DNA from: the human T2T-CHM13v2.0 reference genome, Homo sapiens
DNA: 64,000 bases
Strand: one strand, 5' to 3'
Assembly (NCBI RefSeq): GCF_009914755.1
Contig: NC_060947.1
This document shows, in pieces, positions 26,634-40,973 of this stretch. The notes beneath the pieces are model-generated. The model searched no databases, was not told where the DNA came from, and was given only the letters and a program-made list of their open reading frames with translations. The position numbers and the translations under genes were made by a program. Every line of letters starts with the position of its first letter. Within the stretch, counting starts at the first letter, position 1.

Positions 26634-28259
26634 TGTATTAGTCCATTCTCACACTGCTATGAAGAAATACCTGAGACTGGGTAATTTACAAAGGAAAGTG
26701 GTTTAATTTACTCGCAGTTCCACGGAGCTGGGGAGGCCCCAGGAAACTTACAATCAGGGTGAAAGGGAAGCAAACACTTCCTTCTTTACATGGTGGCAGC
26801 TAGAAGAAGAATGAGAACTGAGCAAAGGGGAAAGCCCCTTATAAAACCATCAGACCTCATGATACATTACTCACTATCACGAGAATAGCATGGGAGAACT
26901 GCCCCCACTATTCAATTACCCCCCACTGGGTCCCTGTCTCCACACGGGGGGATTATGGGAACTACAATTCAATATGAGAATTGAGTAGGGACACAGACAA
27001 ACCATATGATTCCACCCTGGCCTCTCCCACATCTCATGTCCTAACGTTTCAAAACACAATCATGCCTTTCCAACGATTTCCCAAAGTCTCAACTCGTTCT
27101 AGCATTAACCCAAAAGTCCAAGTCCAAGGTCTTATCTGAGAGAAGGCAAGCCCCTTCCACCTATGAGCCTGCAAAATCAAAAGCAAGTTAGTTACTTCCT
27201 ACATACAATGGACCCCCATTGTATGGCATTGGGTAAATACACCAGCTCCAAATGGAAGAATTTGGCCAAAACAAAGGGGCCACAGGCCCCATGCAAGTCC
27301 CTCCTAGGACTCTGGGTCTGTGATGGGAGGGGCTGCTGTGAAGGTCTCTGACAAGTCCTTGAAACATTTTCCCCATTTTTGGTGATTAACATTTGGCTCT
27401 TTGTTACTTATGCAAATTTCTGAAGCTGGCTTGAATTTTTCCCCAGAAAATGAGGTTTTCTTTTCTATCGCATTGTCAGGCTGCAAATTTTCCAAATTTT
27501 GGGGCTCTGCTTTCTCTTGAATGCTTTGCCACTTAGAATTTTTTTTTTTTTTTTTTTGCCAAATACCCTAAATCATCTCTCTCAAGTTCAAAGGTCCACA
27601 GATCTCTGGGGCAGAGGCAAAATGTCACTAGTTCCCAATAAGTTCCCCATCTCCATCTGAGACCACCTCGACCTGGACTTTATTTTCCATATCACTATTA
27701 TCATTTTGGTAAAAGCCATTCAATAAGTCTCTAGGAAGTTCCAAACTTTCCCACATTTTCCTGTCTTCTTCTGAGTGCTCCAAATTGTTTCAATCTCTGC
27801 CTGTTAATCTAGTTCCAAAGTCACTTCCACATTTCCGGGTAACTTTTCATTAGCACCACACTCTCTGCAGTACCAATTTACTGTATTAATCCGTTCTCAT
27901 GCTGCTATGAAGAAATACCCAAGACTGGGTAATTTATGGAGGAAAGAAGCTTGATTTACTCACAGTTCTGCAGGGCTAGGGAGGCCTCAGGAAATTTGCC
28001 ATCGTTTTGGAAGGGGAAGCAAACTCATCCTTCTTCACACGGCAGCAGCAAGGAGAAGAAGAATGAGAACGTAGCAAAGGGGGAAGCCCCTTATAAAACC
28101 ATCAGACTTCATGAGAACGTATTCTCACAAGAATAGCATGGAGGAAATCGTCCCCATGATTCAATTACCTCCCACCAGGCCCCCCGCTATGCAATGTGGA
28201 GATGATGAGAACTATAATTGACGATGAGATTTGGGTGGGGACACAGCCACACCATATCA
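26634..28259 (-). mobile_element. THE1D-like provirus with deleted internal region (LTR 26634-27009, int 27010-27881, LTR 27882-28259)
   Basis: Two direct LTRs; internal region collinear with the 20.8-22.4 kb copy apart from deletions; no TSD. Confidence 0.92.
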
Positions 28260-29384
28260 TTCCTTTTTAACTTTTTGCCTGAAAAATATAGGCATTGAGG
28301 AGGCTGAAAATACCCTGTCATCAGTTCCCCTCGACAATTGACATTATTTCAAATGGTGGCTGATTTAGGCAATTTAAGATTTAGTTTCTGCCGTGTTCAC
28401 CTGGATCTAGGGTCCCTGAGGCATTCATGCCTATTGTATTTGAGTGTTGTCTTTATTTTGCTAATGCAACCAAGAAGACATTACACTTGTTCTTATCATA
28501 CAGATATTTTAAAAGCAAGTTAGTAAGACAGTCATTATATATGAGAAAATGTAGCTGAATTTTCTATGTATTAGATACAGTTTGAACAGTCATTAGCAAC
28601 ATGCTACAAAGTTACTCTGTCATAATATGTACTTCTACTAATAATATGGCAGGCATGCCATTTCCTTAGTCTATTAAAATATTTTTTGATTCCACTGTGG
28701 ATACCTGAACATCATCTCCTTATGATTCGTCATATAAGCACTCACAATGTAAGCAACTAACAACACACAAATGGATTTTGTTTGCAAAATTCATTTGCAT
28801 TCATCACAACTAACATTTGCACAGCATTTTAGAAAGCTATGGTACACATGCTGCATTCTTGGACTCTTACAATTCTTCTCTGAGGGATGGATGGTGGATA
28901 TTGTATTATCAGAGTCATTGGGTTGGCTAAGGGGTATGCGACGGCCTGCATTATTTCCACTCTGTTCTGCTTCTATGAATTAATTATAGCAGAATCAGTT
29001 ATAAGTTGTGGTTGAAAACCTCACATTATAAATATTTAAAATATTAAAAATTTCAACAAATTGCATATGTATTGACCTAAAAAACAATTAGTTAAAGCTG
29101 TATACCACTTTAGCTACAGTATTATTGACCCTTTCATGGCATTGATTAGTGAAACATGTAATCATATCCCTAAAATAACCACTGAAAATAGTTTGAATCA
29201 AAATGTTGACAACTGGCAATGTGGGGAATATCCTGCTGTGAATTGAGATCTCAGCGTAAAAAATTCCACCTGCCATCCTGAATAATTTTGTCAGCTCCAT
29301 TTCGTTTATTTCAGTAACTATTTTCTCTGCTATTCAAGATTTTAGTGGTTAGGTGGGGCTAGGAAAGTAGAAGTTGCAACTTAA

Positions 29385-29747
<363 letters not shown>

Positions 29748-30110
29748 CAATTATCAATTTTTTAAACAATGGATATTATTATTTTAAAATCACACAAAAC
29801 CCAAGTATTAAAACCTACCTTTAAGAATGTTGGAGGTATCTTTTTTCTTGGGATTTAATTTTATATTACATGTGTTTACAAAGTTTGTAATTCTTTTTTA
29901 TTCTGGCTTTGTATTGTATTTGAACATTTCTCATGAAAATTACATCTATTCATGACTACATATTAAATACAACCAGTTAGAAAATACAAAAGTATTCCAC
30001 TAATGAAAACAAAAATAAAAAATACATAAAATTTAATTTAAGATAAACTATGCCGTCTTTCATTTAAACAGCACAGAACTTTACAAAGCCTAAATAAATG
30101 GGCTGGATTA

Positions 30111-30615
30111 CTGTTAGTCAGAGGGCCAGTAAGAAATCAAAGAAGGACTCAGCTGGGACTTCAAACATATTTTAATCAGAGGACTACTGAGAGTTGTGCA
30201 CAGGGTTAAGGGAAGCAGTAATGAATGTTGGGATACATAGAGACTAACAGAATGTTGAGATAACATAGAGACTGACAAAAGTGTGGAGCCATTACCACAT
30301 CAAGATCTGAAAGGGAAAGGGACAAGAGCAGCTTTATGAGAGCCTGGTTAGAGAGATGGAGTTGAGGAGAAGAGATGTGGTCAGGAAGCAGGGGAAACTT
30401 AGCCACTTCCAGAAACATGGCACTGTAGCAAGAGGAGCCGTGAGAAAAAATCTTTTACCATCCCGCATGTTTTTTCAGTTCTTTACCTTGGCTGAACCTA
30501 ACCAGAAGTCAGATGGAAAGGAAGCCTGAACTATAGAGTCTCCTGACAGAAAGCAGTGTAGAAATGGGTAGACCATAAGGGATGGGGTAAGCACAAACAT
30601 GGACTAACCAAGACA
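30111..30615 (-). mobile_element. LTR33-like ERVL LTR
   Basis: ggctgaacctaaccagaagtcagatggaaaggaagcc; cagggttaagggaagc. Confidence 0.55.
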
Positions 30616-30619
30616 GGTG

Positions 30620-30855
30620 TAAAGATCAATTATTCTAAAGATGTCAACTCTCTACCAATTTAATTTAGAAATGTAACACACTCTCAAAGTACCAATTGGA
30701 AAAATGTTTTCAGAGGGAAGAAAAGAACTTGATGAAATTTCTTCTGAAGTTTATTGCTAAAGAATGAAATCATTCAAGAAAATATTGAGGGCAAATAAAA
30801 CAATAATGAGAGGAAAATTTTTCCTACTAGATAATAAAATACATTATAGAGCAGG
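30620..30855 (+). mobile_element. L1ME ORF2 fragment
   Basis: caattattctaaagatgtcaactctc...aaaatacattatagagc. Confidence 0.5.
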
Positions 30856-31309
30856 CTCGTTAAACAGACTAGAACATCTGTATGCATTTCTTCACTTAAT
30901 TAATAATAATGAATATTTATTATTTGTCAGGCACAGAGATGAGTGCTGAGTATGAATTTGTGAATTCAATGAACAGGGACCCTGGATTTTTGGTATATTC
31001 AGGCTTAGAAACCAGGAAAAGATTAACACAGGAAGAAAAAGGGGAGCAAGCATTTCATAAAGAATAACTATATATGACGGATAAACATATGGGGAAAAAG
31101 ACAATCAAACAAATGCAAAATAAAGAAAGATGTACCTTTGAAACTGACAGAGATGACAAGAGAAAGGTGAATCCCAGAAATGCAGGGTCCAGGAAGACGT
31201 CTTGTCTCATAAAATTTTACATGCTGGCTCCAGAACTGTTCTGTATTGTGCAATATAAACTTTATTTTAAAATGAGCATCTCTTTTGTCCTAGCAAATAT
31301 TCCTCTAAT

Positions 31310-31790
31310 AATGTGTTTATATCAGCCAGGAAAAAAATTCAAGTAAGCAGAGCCAGGAAATTAGTTATAAAAGTATTAGAATAGCTGAAAAGACAAACAG
31401 GACAGTGAGACAATGGGCCACAGGGCAGAGATGTTGTTGGCACAGCCTAGACCATTGATGGGAACTGAGGTCACAAAGGTAGAGGTTATGCAGGAGCTGG
31501 AAACAACACAGGAGCAGCGCTAACTGCCAGAGACCCCCTGAAATGGACAGAGAGAGGGAAAAATGTTCTGCCTACTCTCCCTTTTCTACTCTCCACCTTC
31601 CTCTAGTATCTCCCACTAACTATAACTACCTGGAAGCCCATTGACAAGGGAGCTGGAAAATGCAGTTTTCAGGGATTAGACTTCTCTCCATTCCCCTGAT
31701 TCCCCTTCCCTGTGCCACGTGTCATGCAGAGCTGAGCAGGGAAAGGGAGAGAAACATACAGGAGGGCAAATACATAAGTGGACTTGCAGT
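31310..31790 (-). mobile_element. LTR41-like ERVL LTR
   Basis: cctggaagcccattgacaagggagctggaaaatgcagtttt. Confidence 0.5.
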
Positions 31791-32179
31791 ACCCTTACGG
31801 AAGGAATTGAAGAGCTTCGCTAAAATGTAGGTACTGTAAGTTTTTCAACTTTCTTCTTAGTGATGAGGAAAATATAAAAACGATGCCATAAAGTAACATT
31901 TTAGTTTATTTTAAATGGCTATAAAACTATATATAGAATCTGTGATGCTATGGAATAATATTATTTATTTTGAAAAACTATATATGTGTGTGTATGTGTA
32001 TATGCCTAATATATATGTATACACACATATACCTATGTATGTTTGGGTGCGTGTATGATAATAATAATAATAATAATAACAACAAGGAACAGTGGAGGAC
32101 GTGAAAAGGAGATTGGGAATGGAAAGTCACCAGATCATTTACACAGACTGTTGCTAGGTGTTATTTTAGATTATTTCCT

Positions 32180-32502
32180 TTTCTTTCTCTTTTTAATTTT
32201 CTTTTTTATTTTGATTTTCAGTTCCGGGGTACATGTGCAGGATGTGCAGATTTGTTACATAGGTAAATGTGTGTCATGGTGGTTTGCTGCACCTATCAAG
32301 CTATCACCGAAGTATGAAGCCCAGCATGCATTAGCTATTTTTCCTGATACCCTCCCTCCCCCTACACCCCCCTGACAGGCCCCAGTGTGTGTTGTTCCCC
32401 TCCCTGTGTCCATGTGTTGTCATTGTTCGGCTCCCACTTACGAGTGAGAACATGCGATGTTTGGTTTTCTGTTCCTGAGTTAGTTTGCTGAGGATGACAG
32501 CA
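32180..32502 (-). mobile_element. L1PA10-like 3' end
   Basis: ggggtacatgtgcaggatgtgcagatttgttacataggtaaatg. Confidence 0.88.
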
Positions 32503-32865
32503 TTTAATTTTCCATGCTTTCCTATAATGTCCAAAAATTATTTTATATATATATATAATATATACCTATACTATATACATACCTACATATTCTTTGTATT
32601 AAAAAATAATATAACTTTTTTCTTCTAAACGTTTTAATTTTTTTACATTTATAGGTATATAAAATTATTTATTTGCTCACTTTCTGTTGGACACTTAAGC
32701 TGATTCCAACACTCCCCTACAAAAAGCAATATCTTGTCACAAAGAGAGGTTAAGTTTTTATGAAGGCTTGTAGATATATTTCTTTTCTCAGCCCCTTCCC
32801 AATTAAAGGAATTCTTGTGAAATTCATGAGATGAGTTTTCTTTCCATATGAGAACGCATTCTCTA

Positions 32866-33357
<492 letters not shown>

Positions 33358-34345
33358 TCAGGTTTGCAAGTAGAACAGAACTGAATGTATTCTAGAATGC
33401 GGGGCAATACTCACACTTAAACAGAAATTCAGTTTCCCCAAAATAGATGTCACTAGCCAAATTAAATAGAATACACCCACTGATACAATGACAATTAGAA
33501 GCGGAACAGGGAGTTGCATAACTATGTAAATTTATTAGAGTAGGTTTAAGATAAATGTTTTTAAATAATTATGGCAGGCCCAAGATGACCCAATATGTCA
33601 GTAAAAGCCTGAACAGTACGTGTTAATTAAATAGTGATTTAATAAGATCCTCCTGCCTTTTATTAAAAAAACTGATATTCCATGGTTTCTGGTCCAAAGA
33701 GTTTATTGGAGTAAAAGCTAAGGTGTGTAAAAGCTTATGAAGTAAGGCTTCAGGACCTTACTTCATAAGTAATCAACTTATTTGAAGAACCAGTTGCTGA
33801 TTAGGTTAGGCAGCAGCCAAATAAAGCCTTGAATCTTTCAGAAGCAAAAGGTATACATTCCTTTTAGAATGTAAAAAATCTTAATTCCTATGAGGACCAC
33901 TTTATAATTTCCAAGTCATTTTAAATTCGTTTAACCTGATGCATGTATTTTCCAGGAGCTTTTGATCCAAGTGGGCTCTATTTAATAGTTCTTTGCTTTG
34001 CAGAACATCTCAACGCTATAGAAGCGTTAGTGCTTAATCTCAACTTTTATAAAATGGAGTGTTTTTTGTGTGGAAATAAGATCATAAATACAAAATGAAA
34101 ATATTTCTTTCTCCCATCGTCTTAGATTCACATGAAAGAATTCCTCTAGCTGCCACTCAGTTTTCATATGAAAAAGATGTCAGTAATCATCCATTCTGAA
34201 TGTGAGTTCTGTTAGAATTCTGAGGACTTCACTGACATTATTTTTATTCCTACTGTATTGCTCTCACATGCAATAATGGCTTGTTTGTCTATACGCAGCA
34301 TCTACTCATGGAACAACCGGCTTTGTCTTATCTATCTAAATCTTA

Positions 34346-34708
34346 TGTATTAGTCCATTCTCACATGGCTATAAGGACATACCTGAGACTGGGTAATTTG
34401 TAGAGGAAAGATGTTTAATTGACTCACAGTTCTGCATGGCTGGGGAAGCCTCAGGAAACTTACAATCATGGTGGAAGTCACCTATTCACAGATTGACAGG
34501 AGAGAGAATAAGTGCCAGCAGGGGGAATGCCACGTGCTATTAAACCATTAGATCTCATGAGAACTCACTGACTATCACAAGAACGGCATAGGGGAGATCA
34601 CCCCAATGATTCAATTACCTCCCACTGGGTCCCTCCCATGACACGTGGGAGTTATGAGAAATACAATTCAAGATGCAGTTTGGGTGGAGAGTCAGCCAAA
34701 CCATATCA
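34346..34708 (-). mobile_element. THE1D solo LTR
   Basis: tgtattagtcc...ccaaaccatatca; TSD tctta / cctta (4 of 5). Confidence 0.9.
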
Positions 34709-34724
34709 CCTTATCTCTCTAGAG

Positions 34725-34975
34725 AGTCACTTGTATATAGTAGAAAAAACGGACTTTCAAAGTCCACAACTTTCACTGAACCTCAGCTCCATGTCTTGAA
34801 TGTGTTAATTTCGGTAAGCTATTTAAAATCTCTGAGCCTCAGCTTCCTCATTTGTGAAATAGAGAGGATATTACTAGTTGACTTTTGGGTATTTATGAGC
34901 TTTTAAAATAAAAATATGCATGAAAAGCATTATGTGCGATACCTGGAATATACAAGCAACTCCCAAGCTGTTAAA
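34725..34975 (+). mobile_element. MIR
   Basis: tctctgagcctcagcttcctcatttgtgaaatagag. Confidence 0.7.
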
Positions 34976-35329
34976 TTTCTACCTAATTCTGTTACCCAAA
35001 TATGGCTGGAGAAATTGATCTGGAGACAGTGACATAGCTCAGGGGGAGGAAGGTATTCTAGTCAGACTGATCTTCGGGACGTCTCTCAAATCATCCCTAT
35101 TGAAAGGGCAGGCTTTCTAAATTCTGAGTTGACCTTGCCACCGTCAGGCTCACATTTTTATGTCACTCTCTAATCTTTTGCCTTGATATATAAGTGACAT
35201 GTTTTCCTAGTTGGATTTTGAACTTCTTCAAATTAGATGTTATCTTTTGTTGTTTACCATCCTTCAGATTTATTGGAATTTTGCTAGGCATTCAGTAAAT
35301 TCATACTAAATACTTGCCTATAAAGAAAT

Positions 35330-35510
35330 ACAGAATTTTGGGGCTGGTAGGGACCTTTAAATCAATTCGTACAATGACTTTATTTTACAAATGAGAAAGG
35401 TATGGCTCAGAGATGTTACAAAGTGTGCTCAATGTTGCACAGCTAGAAAACGGCAGAGCCAGTATTTAAACTCCTGACTGCCTTATTCCCTTGACAATGC
35501 TGCTTTCATT
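35330..35510 (-). mobile_element. MIR
   Basis: attttacaaatgagaaaggtatggctcagagatgtt. Confidence 0.7.
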
Positions 35511-35624
35511 ACCCAATATTTTTTCTTAACATGATGAATTTAATGTATTTGAAATTGTAGCTTAGCAACGTCTCAGTATTTTGGAGAAAAAAAAATCTTC
35601 TCTTGGTCACATCATTTATCTAGA

Positions 35625-35805
35625 CTAATGGTTTTCACACATTAGCTTGCTTTTAGAATCATCTAGAAGGCTTTTAAAGCACAGAATGTGGAGTCCTACT
35701 GCCAGAATTTTTGATGCTGTATGTCTAGGTGTGGTCCCAAGATTGTGCATTTCTAACAAATTCCCAGGTGATGTTGATGCCTCTGATCCAGAGATTTCAG
35801 AAACA
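35625..35805. mobile_element. MER5A
   Basis: tgcatttctaacaaattcccaggtgatgttgatgc. Confidence 0.8.
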
Positions 35806-36439
35806 GCCTTATCCTGAGATCATCTTTCTTTTACTCAAAATAAGATTACTGAACACCTTTTATGTAAGTACATGGTGCTACAGATGATCCAAAAATGTAC
35901 GAGACCCATTATTTGCCTTTAAAGTGGCCCTGTGACCTCAAACAAAAGGAAGAGGTCACTTCCAGGAAGGGCTGGGAATGAGTGGTGATTTTAGAAATGG
36001 TGGGCTTGAAGAGGCCACAGTATAACTTTAGATGTGTTTTAGAAATAACTATATTGACCAGCTTTTGTTCATTCCCAACATGAATCTAATAACTTTGGAA
36101 ACAGATAAGTAACTTCTGACATGCTAATTATTTTTAATATAAACCTGTGGTTTAATATGACGTGGTATATATTTTTTCAAATTCATTTTTCATCTGAGAT
36201 ATTATTAATTACATTGGTGTTTGAGGTCTGAGGAAATAATAAACAATCTCTGTAAGTGGGAAAAGACATTCTGTATGCTGGAATTTCTGCCAATTCATTT
36301 GGCAGAAGTGGAGGTAATTCCAAACATGGTGGACCCATTGACTAATACATAAAGCAAGTTAATGATTTTAGCGAGGATTTTCTTTTGGCTGTCTTTTGGA
36401 CATCTATAACAAGGTTCAGTGGATGCCAAGAGGTGGTAT

Positions 36440-36567
36440 ACATGATCCTTAGGGGATCCTGATTCCCATAAAACTGTATGAAAAATGTCTGGGTACAAAT
36501 TTGCATTTTTTTTTTCTGGAATAGGGGCTCTAATAGCTTTCTTTAGATTCTCAAAGGAGTTACCCAC
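36440..36567. mobile_element. MER103C-like hAT fragment
   Basis: tttttctggaataggggctctaatagctttctttagattctcaaagg. Confidence 0.5.
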
Positions 36568-38559
36568 TTTCTTAATCTTGTTATGGGAAACCAGAACAAA
36601 AAAGCAGAAGAATTATAACCCAAGAACTTCGACTTTACTTTTGTCCTTTTGTCCCACCTATCTTCACCATATGTATGACAGATCTGCTTTCATATTGATT
36701 TCATGGAGGGCAGGTAGAGAAACAGAAACATTAGGAGAGAGAAAGTCACGCCCAGAGGCAGCGTAAATCTTCACTAACTGCATCCTCATCCGGATTAGTT
36801 GCTTGCTGATCTCATATGCTCACTTAATCTCTTTTCATCTGACATTAAGGTTTTAGCTTATGTAGATAATTGATAACCAGAGCACCAAGAAACTTCCCTG
36901 GCCAAGGCAGATGCAGATCTGTGATTCTGAATGAATCTCCCTGGAGCATATATCCATGTAGTTGTCTCTTCCTCATCCCTTTTGCTTGTTTAAACCTTAT
37001 AATCCATCAAGACCCACCTCAAACACTTCTTCCTTCATAAAGTCATCCTCAGTAGCTATATGCAGAACTCTTCTGTCCTCTTCCTGCTAATATAGTCGTT
37101 TTTTTCCAGTTCTATCAATCATTTGTCACTCACATTCAATTTAGCAGTAGTTCATGCAAAGAGAATGTCTTCATATGTGTGTACTGCGATCCAGACACTG
37201 TGAAATGAGCAGAGTGGGTACTTAAACATAATTGTTGAACAAATGCAGAACATGGTCTCAGGTTGTCAGCAATATGCTCCCTATTTGGGAAGGAAAAACT
37301 CTGCCATCTTTAATCTCTCACCCTCACAGCACCTACCAATACTTCTGAGCACACTGATACCCCATAAATTCATGAGAGTAACACAATTGCAAAAGACCTG
37401 GGATGTGAGAGAGAACATCCATACCTTCCAGGAAGGATGACTGAATGAGCAGCTCTCATTTTCTCACTGAGCCAGCAGCTCTCATTTTCCTTATCCTCCA
37501 TATCCATTACAAGCTAATAGCTTCTATATAATGAATTCCACCAACAGTTTCAGTGGATTAGAAATATTTGGCTTTTCAGCTTTTGTATTGCGAGTGGTAT
37601 GGACCATTTTAATCTCCAATGAATGTGTTTCTGACATGATATGTGTTCATATGTCAAAGATGAGATGTTTGCTTACTGAATTCTCATTAATTTAGAAGTA
37701 TATAGTCACCAGTCACCACTGAGAATGTAGACTTATGCTAAATGACTTAATACTTCAATGTAGAAAATACTTTCACCTGCTTTATCTCAGTTGGTTTTAT
37801 AAGAGTCCAGTCAGAAATATGTGACTTGCTCAAGGTCACTCAAGGGCTCCATTCCATTTGCCCTTTCTCCAAATACTGACTTTTCCACTAAACAAGACTG
37901 CCATTTGAATCTAAATATACCTGCCTATTATGCACCAGACTCAAAAGGAAAATTATTTTCTTCTGGAAATCACCTTTCTTTGGCAGCTATATGATATGAC
38001 TCTACTACTTTAAAACAGCAGAGTGAAGATAAAGCTCACACAAAATTAGATTTGACAACCTAATGAAGAACCCTTCTTTGCTATTTGAAAATAGTATCAT
38101 TCAAGCATTCATCATTCAGCCGCCTTCAGTTTAAACAAATAAGGGATATGTTTACTTGGCATCTAAAGAAGAAAGTTGAGACCACCAAATCACACAGTAG
38201 AAGGCAACAAGTAATTCCAGTTTGCTAGTTTTTTTTTTTTTTTCTATCTCCCCTTGTTTGGGAAGGTTTCTCTAAGATTCTAGTAGACAGTACCTCGTTT
38301 ATTCCCTTCAATTGTTGAGAAACAAAAACTTTCCATAAGTCCAATTTCATTACACATTTACTTATTTTAGTAGTTTTCCTTTTACATGGGCTAACAAAAG
38401 AGATGATTAATGTAAATTTCTTGCCCTTGATAGTTTAGAGTTCCTCGTCTGAAGGTTGCTTATTGATCCTAAGAATCCCCAGTGCTAATGCCTTTGTCTG
38501 AGGTGTACTATTTCTGCAAAGCTTGTCGATGGGAGGCAAACAAACCTTCTGTGAGTCTG

Positions 38560-38870
38560 TGATTTTTGCACCTGCTCTTCTTTCTTCCAGGAGTGTCTTT
38601 TCTTTCCATCTGGTAATGTCTAAATATCTCCCATGATTTGTCTTTGAATTCACTTCCTCAGTGAAATTCTCTTTGATTCCTACAAATAGAATGAATCTGT
38701 CACTCCATCTCATTCCCACGAGGTTTTATTCAGTCCTTTAATTTAGTACTTGCTGCAGTTCATTCCAATTCGTTGCTAACTTCTCTGTTCTCCCATCTTG
38801 ACCACAAGCAACTTAAGATCAGGATCCATTTCTGACCTCTCTTTCTCCAACAGTGTCCAGCATCTCATTG
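38560..38870 (+). mobile_element. L2 3' region
   Basis: tcacttcctcagtgaaattctctttga...caacttaagatcaggatcc. Confidence 0.55.
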
Positions 38871-39064
38871 GCCTCTTCCTCATTCCCAACACGCATTTAG
38901 TGAGTGCCAAACACTATGTCAAGGACTCTAAAGAGGTTAATCTATGAGGCGGACAATGTTATCCCAATTTATACTCTGAGAAAGCTGATGGTACAGAGAG
39001 GTTATGAAATTTGCCTAAGATCTTGCACCTACATAATTGAAAAGTCTGGGTTTTCAATTAAATC

Positions 39065-39345
39065 ACATGTTTTGAGGTAGAATTGACATAACAAAGATTA
39101 ACCATTTTAAAATGAACACTTTAATAGCATTCAGCATATTTTCAATGTTGTGTCACCATAACCTCTGCCTATTTTCAAAACATTTTCATTACTGCAAAAA
39201 GAAACCCTGTACCCATTCAGAAGTCATTCTCTTCCCCCTCCTTCCAGCCCCTGTCAACCACTCATCTACTTTCTGTCTCTATGGATTTGCCTGTTTTGGA
39301 AGTTTTATATCAGTGGAATCATAAAAGACATGATCTTTTGTGTCT
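39065..39345 (-). mobile_element. L1MB/ME 3' end within an antisense MIR
   Basis: ttgaggtagaattgacataac...tggaatcataaaagacatgatcttttgtgtctg. Confidence 0.75.
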
Positions 39346-40569
39346 GAGAAGCTTGTATTTTATTTTAATTCTCTCTACATCTAGGGTCTACTCCCCTTAC
39401 CTACATTTTCCTGCTTTACATTATAGGTGCCCACTGTATATTTGATGAATGAATGTATGGTTATAGAGAGGACACCAATCAGATTTCTACTTAACCTAGT
39501 TATTTATTGTTTGATTTATCTTCATAAGAGATCGCTTTGCAGCTTTTTATTAAGTGTAAGTGTGAGAGACTGCAGCTTTGTCGTAGCTGAACAGAATGAA
39601 AAAATGATGAAGAAACACAGGTTTGCGGTTAGCTCTCCAGGGTCCTATGTTATTTTAAATTGGCACCTACAAATGATTTAGTCGTTATCACATTTTTAGG
39701 ACAAATGCAGAGGGGATTAGGTGACCCGACTGAAGCTGACCTGAGATACTGTATGTAAATGAATTGTTATCAATTTGGTTGCCACGACTAGCGGAGCCAG
39801 TTCCTGGAGGGGAAATGAACTTAGTTATTCCTCAGTAACTAATATTCTTTAGTATGTGAGCTATTGATTGGACAGAAACTGGTTTGAACGGGTTGGCTTC
39901 TAAGAGCTGCCAAGAAGATTTGAGCAGTTCCTCCTTCCTTGAAGGCAATCTGATTTGTTGTTAGCAGTGTTAGAGTGTTTTTTTTTTTTTTTTAACTCAC
40001 AATGCGGGAGTTGGCTTTTGACACTACTTGAAAAGCAGTCAAACACATGACATTTAGTCTATAATGACTTACCTGTCTGGTTATGACAAAAATATCCAGA
40101 TAGATAATTCTTACTTTTTTATGTTTTTATAGAAATGTACATTAATTTTTATTGCCTATATATAGCATGTCTCAGAAAGCTTTCTTAATTATCTCTCTAT
40201 TTTTATTGGAAATTAAATCATATCTTTACTGATATGAAAACAGAACATTAATACGTTTAGCTCTTGGACCATCTGCTCTTTGCAGCGTTGTTTTAAATCT
40301 GGTAATTCGCATTTCGTTTCATGGTACTAAGAAGGGGAATTTCACATTTACTTATGTTTATTCTTAGGAAAAAGATAAATGAAAATTCTAGGCCACAGTT
40401 GTAAATAATTTTCTCCATTTATGTATGGGTTTGAAGAAAGTGAAAATTTTCATTACAGTTTTAGGTATGGTTAGTTGTTTATTTTTGCCAGTATGTACCT
40501 CTGTACATATATAGGAAAGCCTTAACTTTTATTTTAAGATAATAGAGAAAATAAAATCACCTGTAATTT

Positions 40570-40970
40570 TAAGAAAATACAGAGACATTCAGTGTACTCA
40601 TCACAGTTCCCTCCCCCAATGTTTTGAAAACTACATCTTGCAAAACTATAGTGCAATATCTTTCAATATCTTTTAATCACTATAGTGCAATATCACAACT
40701 AGGATGTCGATGTTGATACAGTCAAGATACAGAAGAATTCTATTATCATAAGGACCTCTTGTGTTGTTTTTATAGCCACACCTACCTTTCCCAAAACCTT
40801 CATCCTTAGCCCTGGGCGTACAGTTATCTGTTCTCTAATTTCTACAATTTTGACATCTCAAGATTGCTATATAAATGCAATGACACAGTACATAACCTTT
40901 TGGAATTGGCTTTTTTTTTCACTCATCATAATTATCTGGGGATTTATTCAAGTTCTTGTGTGCAGCATTA
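40570..40970 (-). mobile_element. L1MC/MD 3' end
   Basis: catcttgcaaaactatagtgcaatatc...gatacagtcaagatacagaa. Confidence 0.75.
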
Positions 40971-40973
40971 TCT

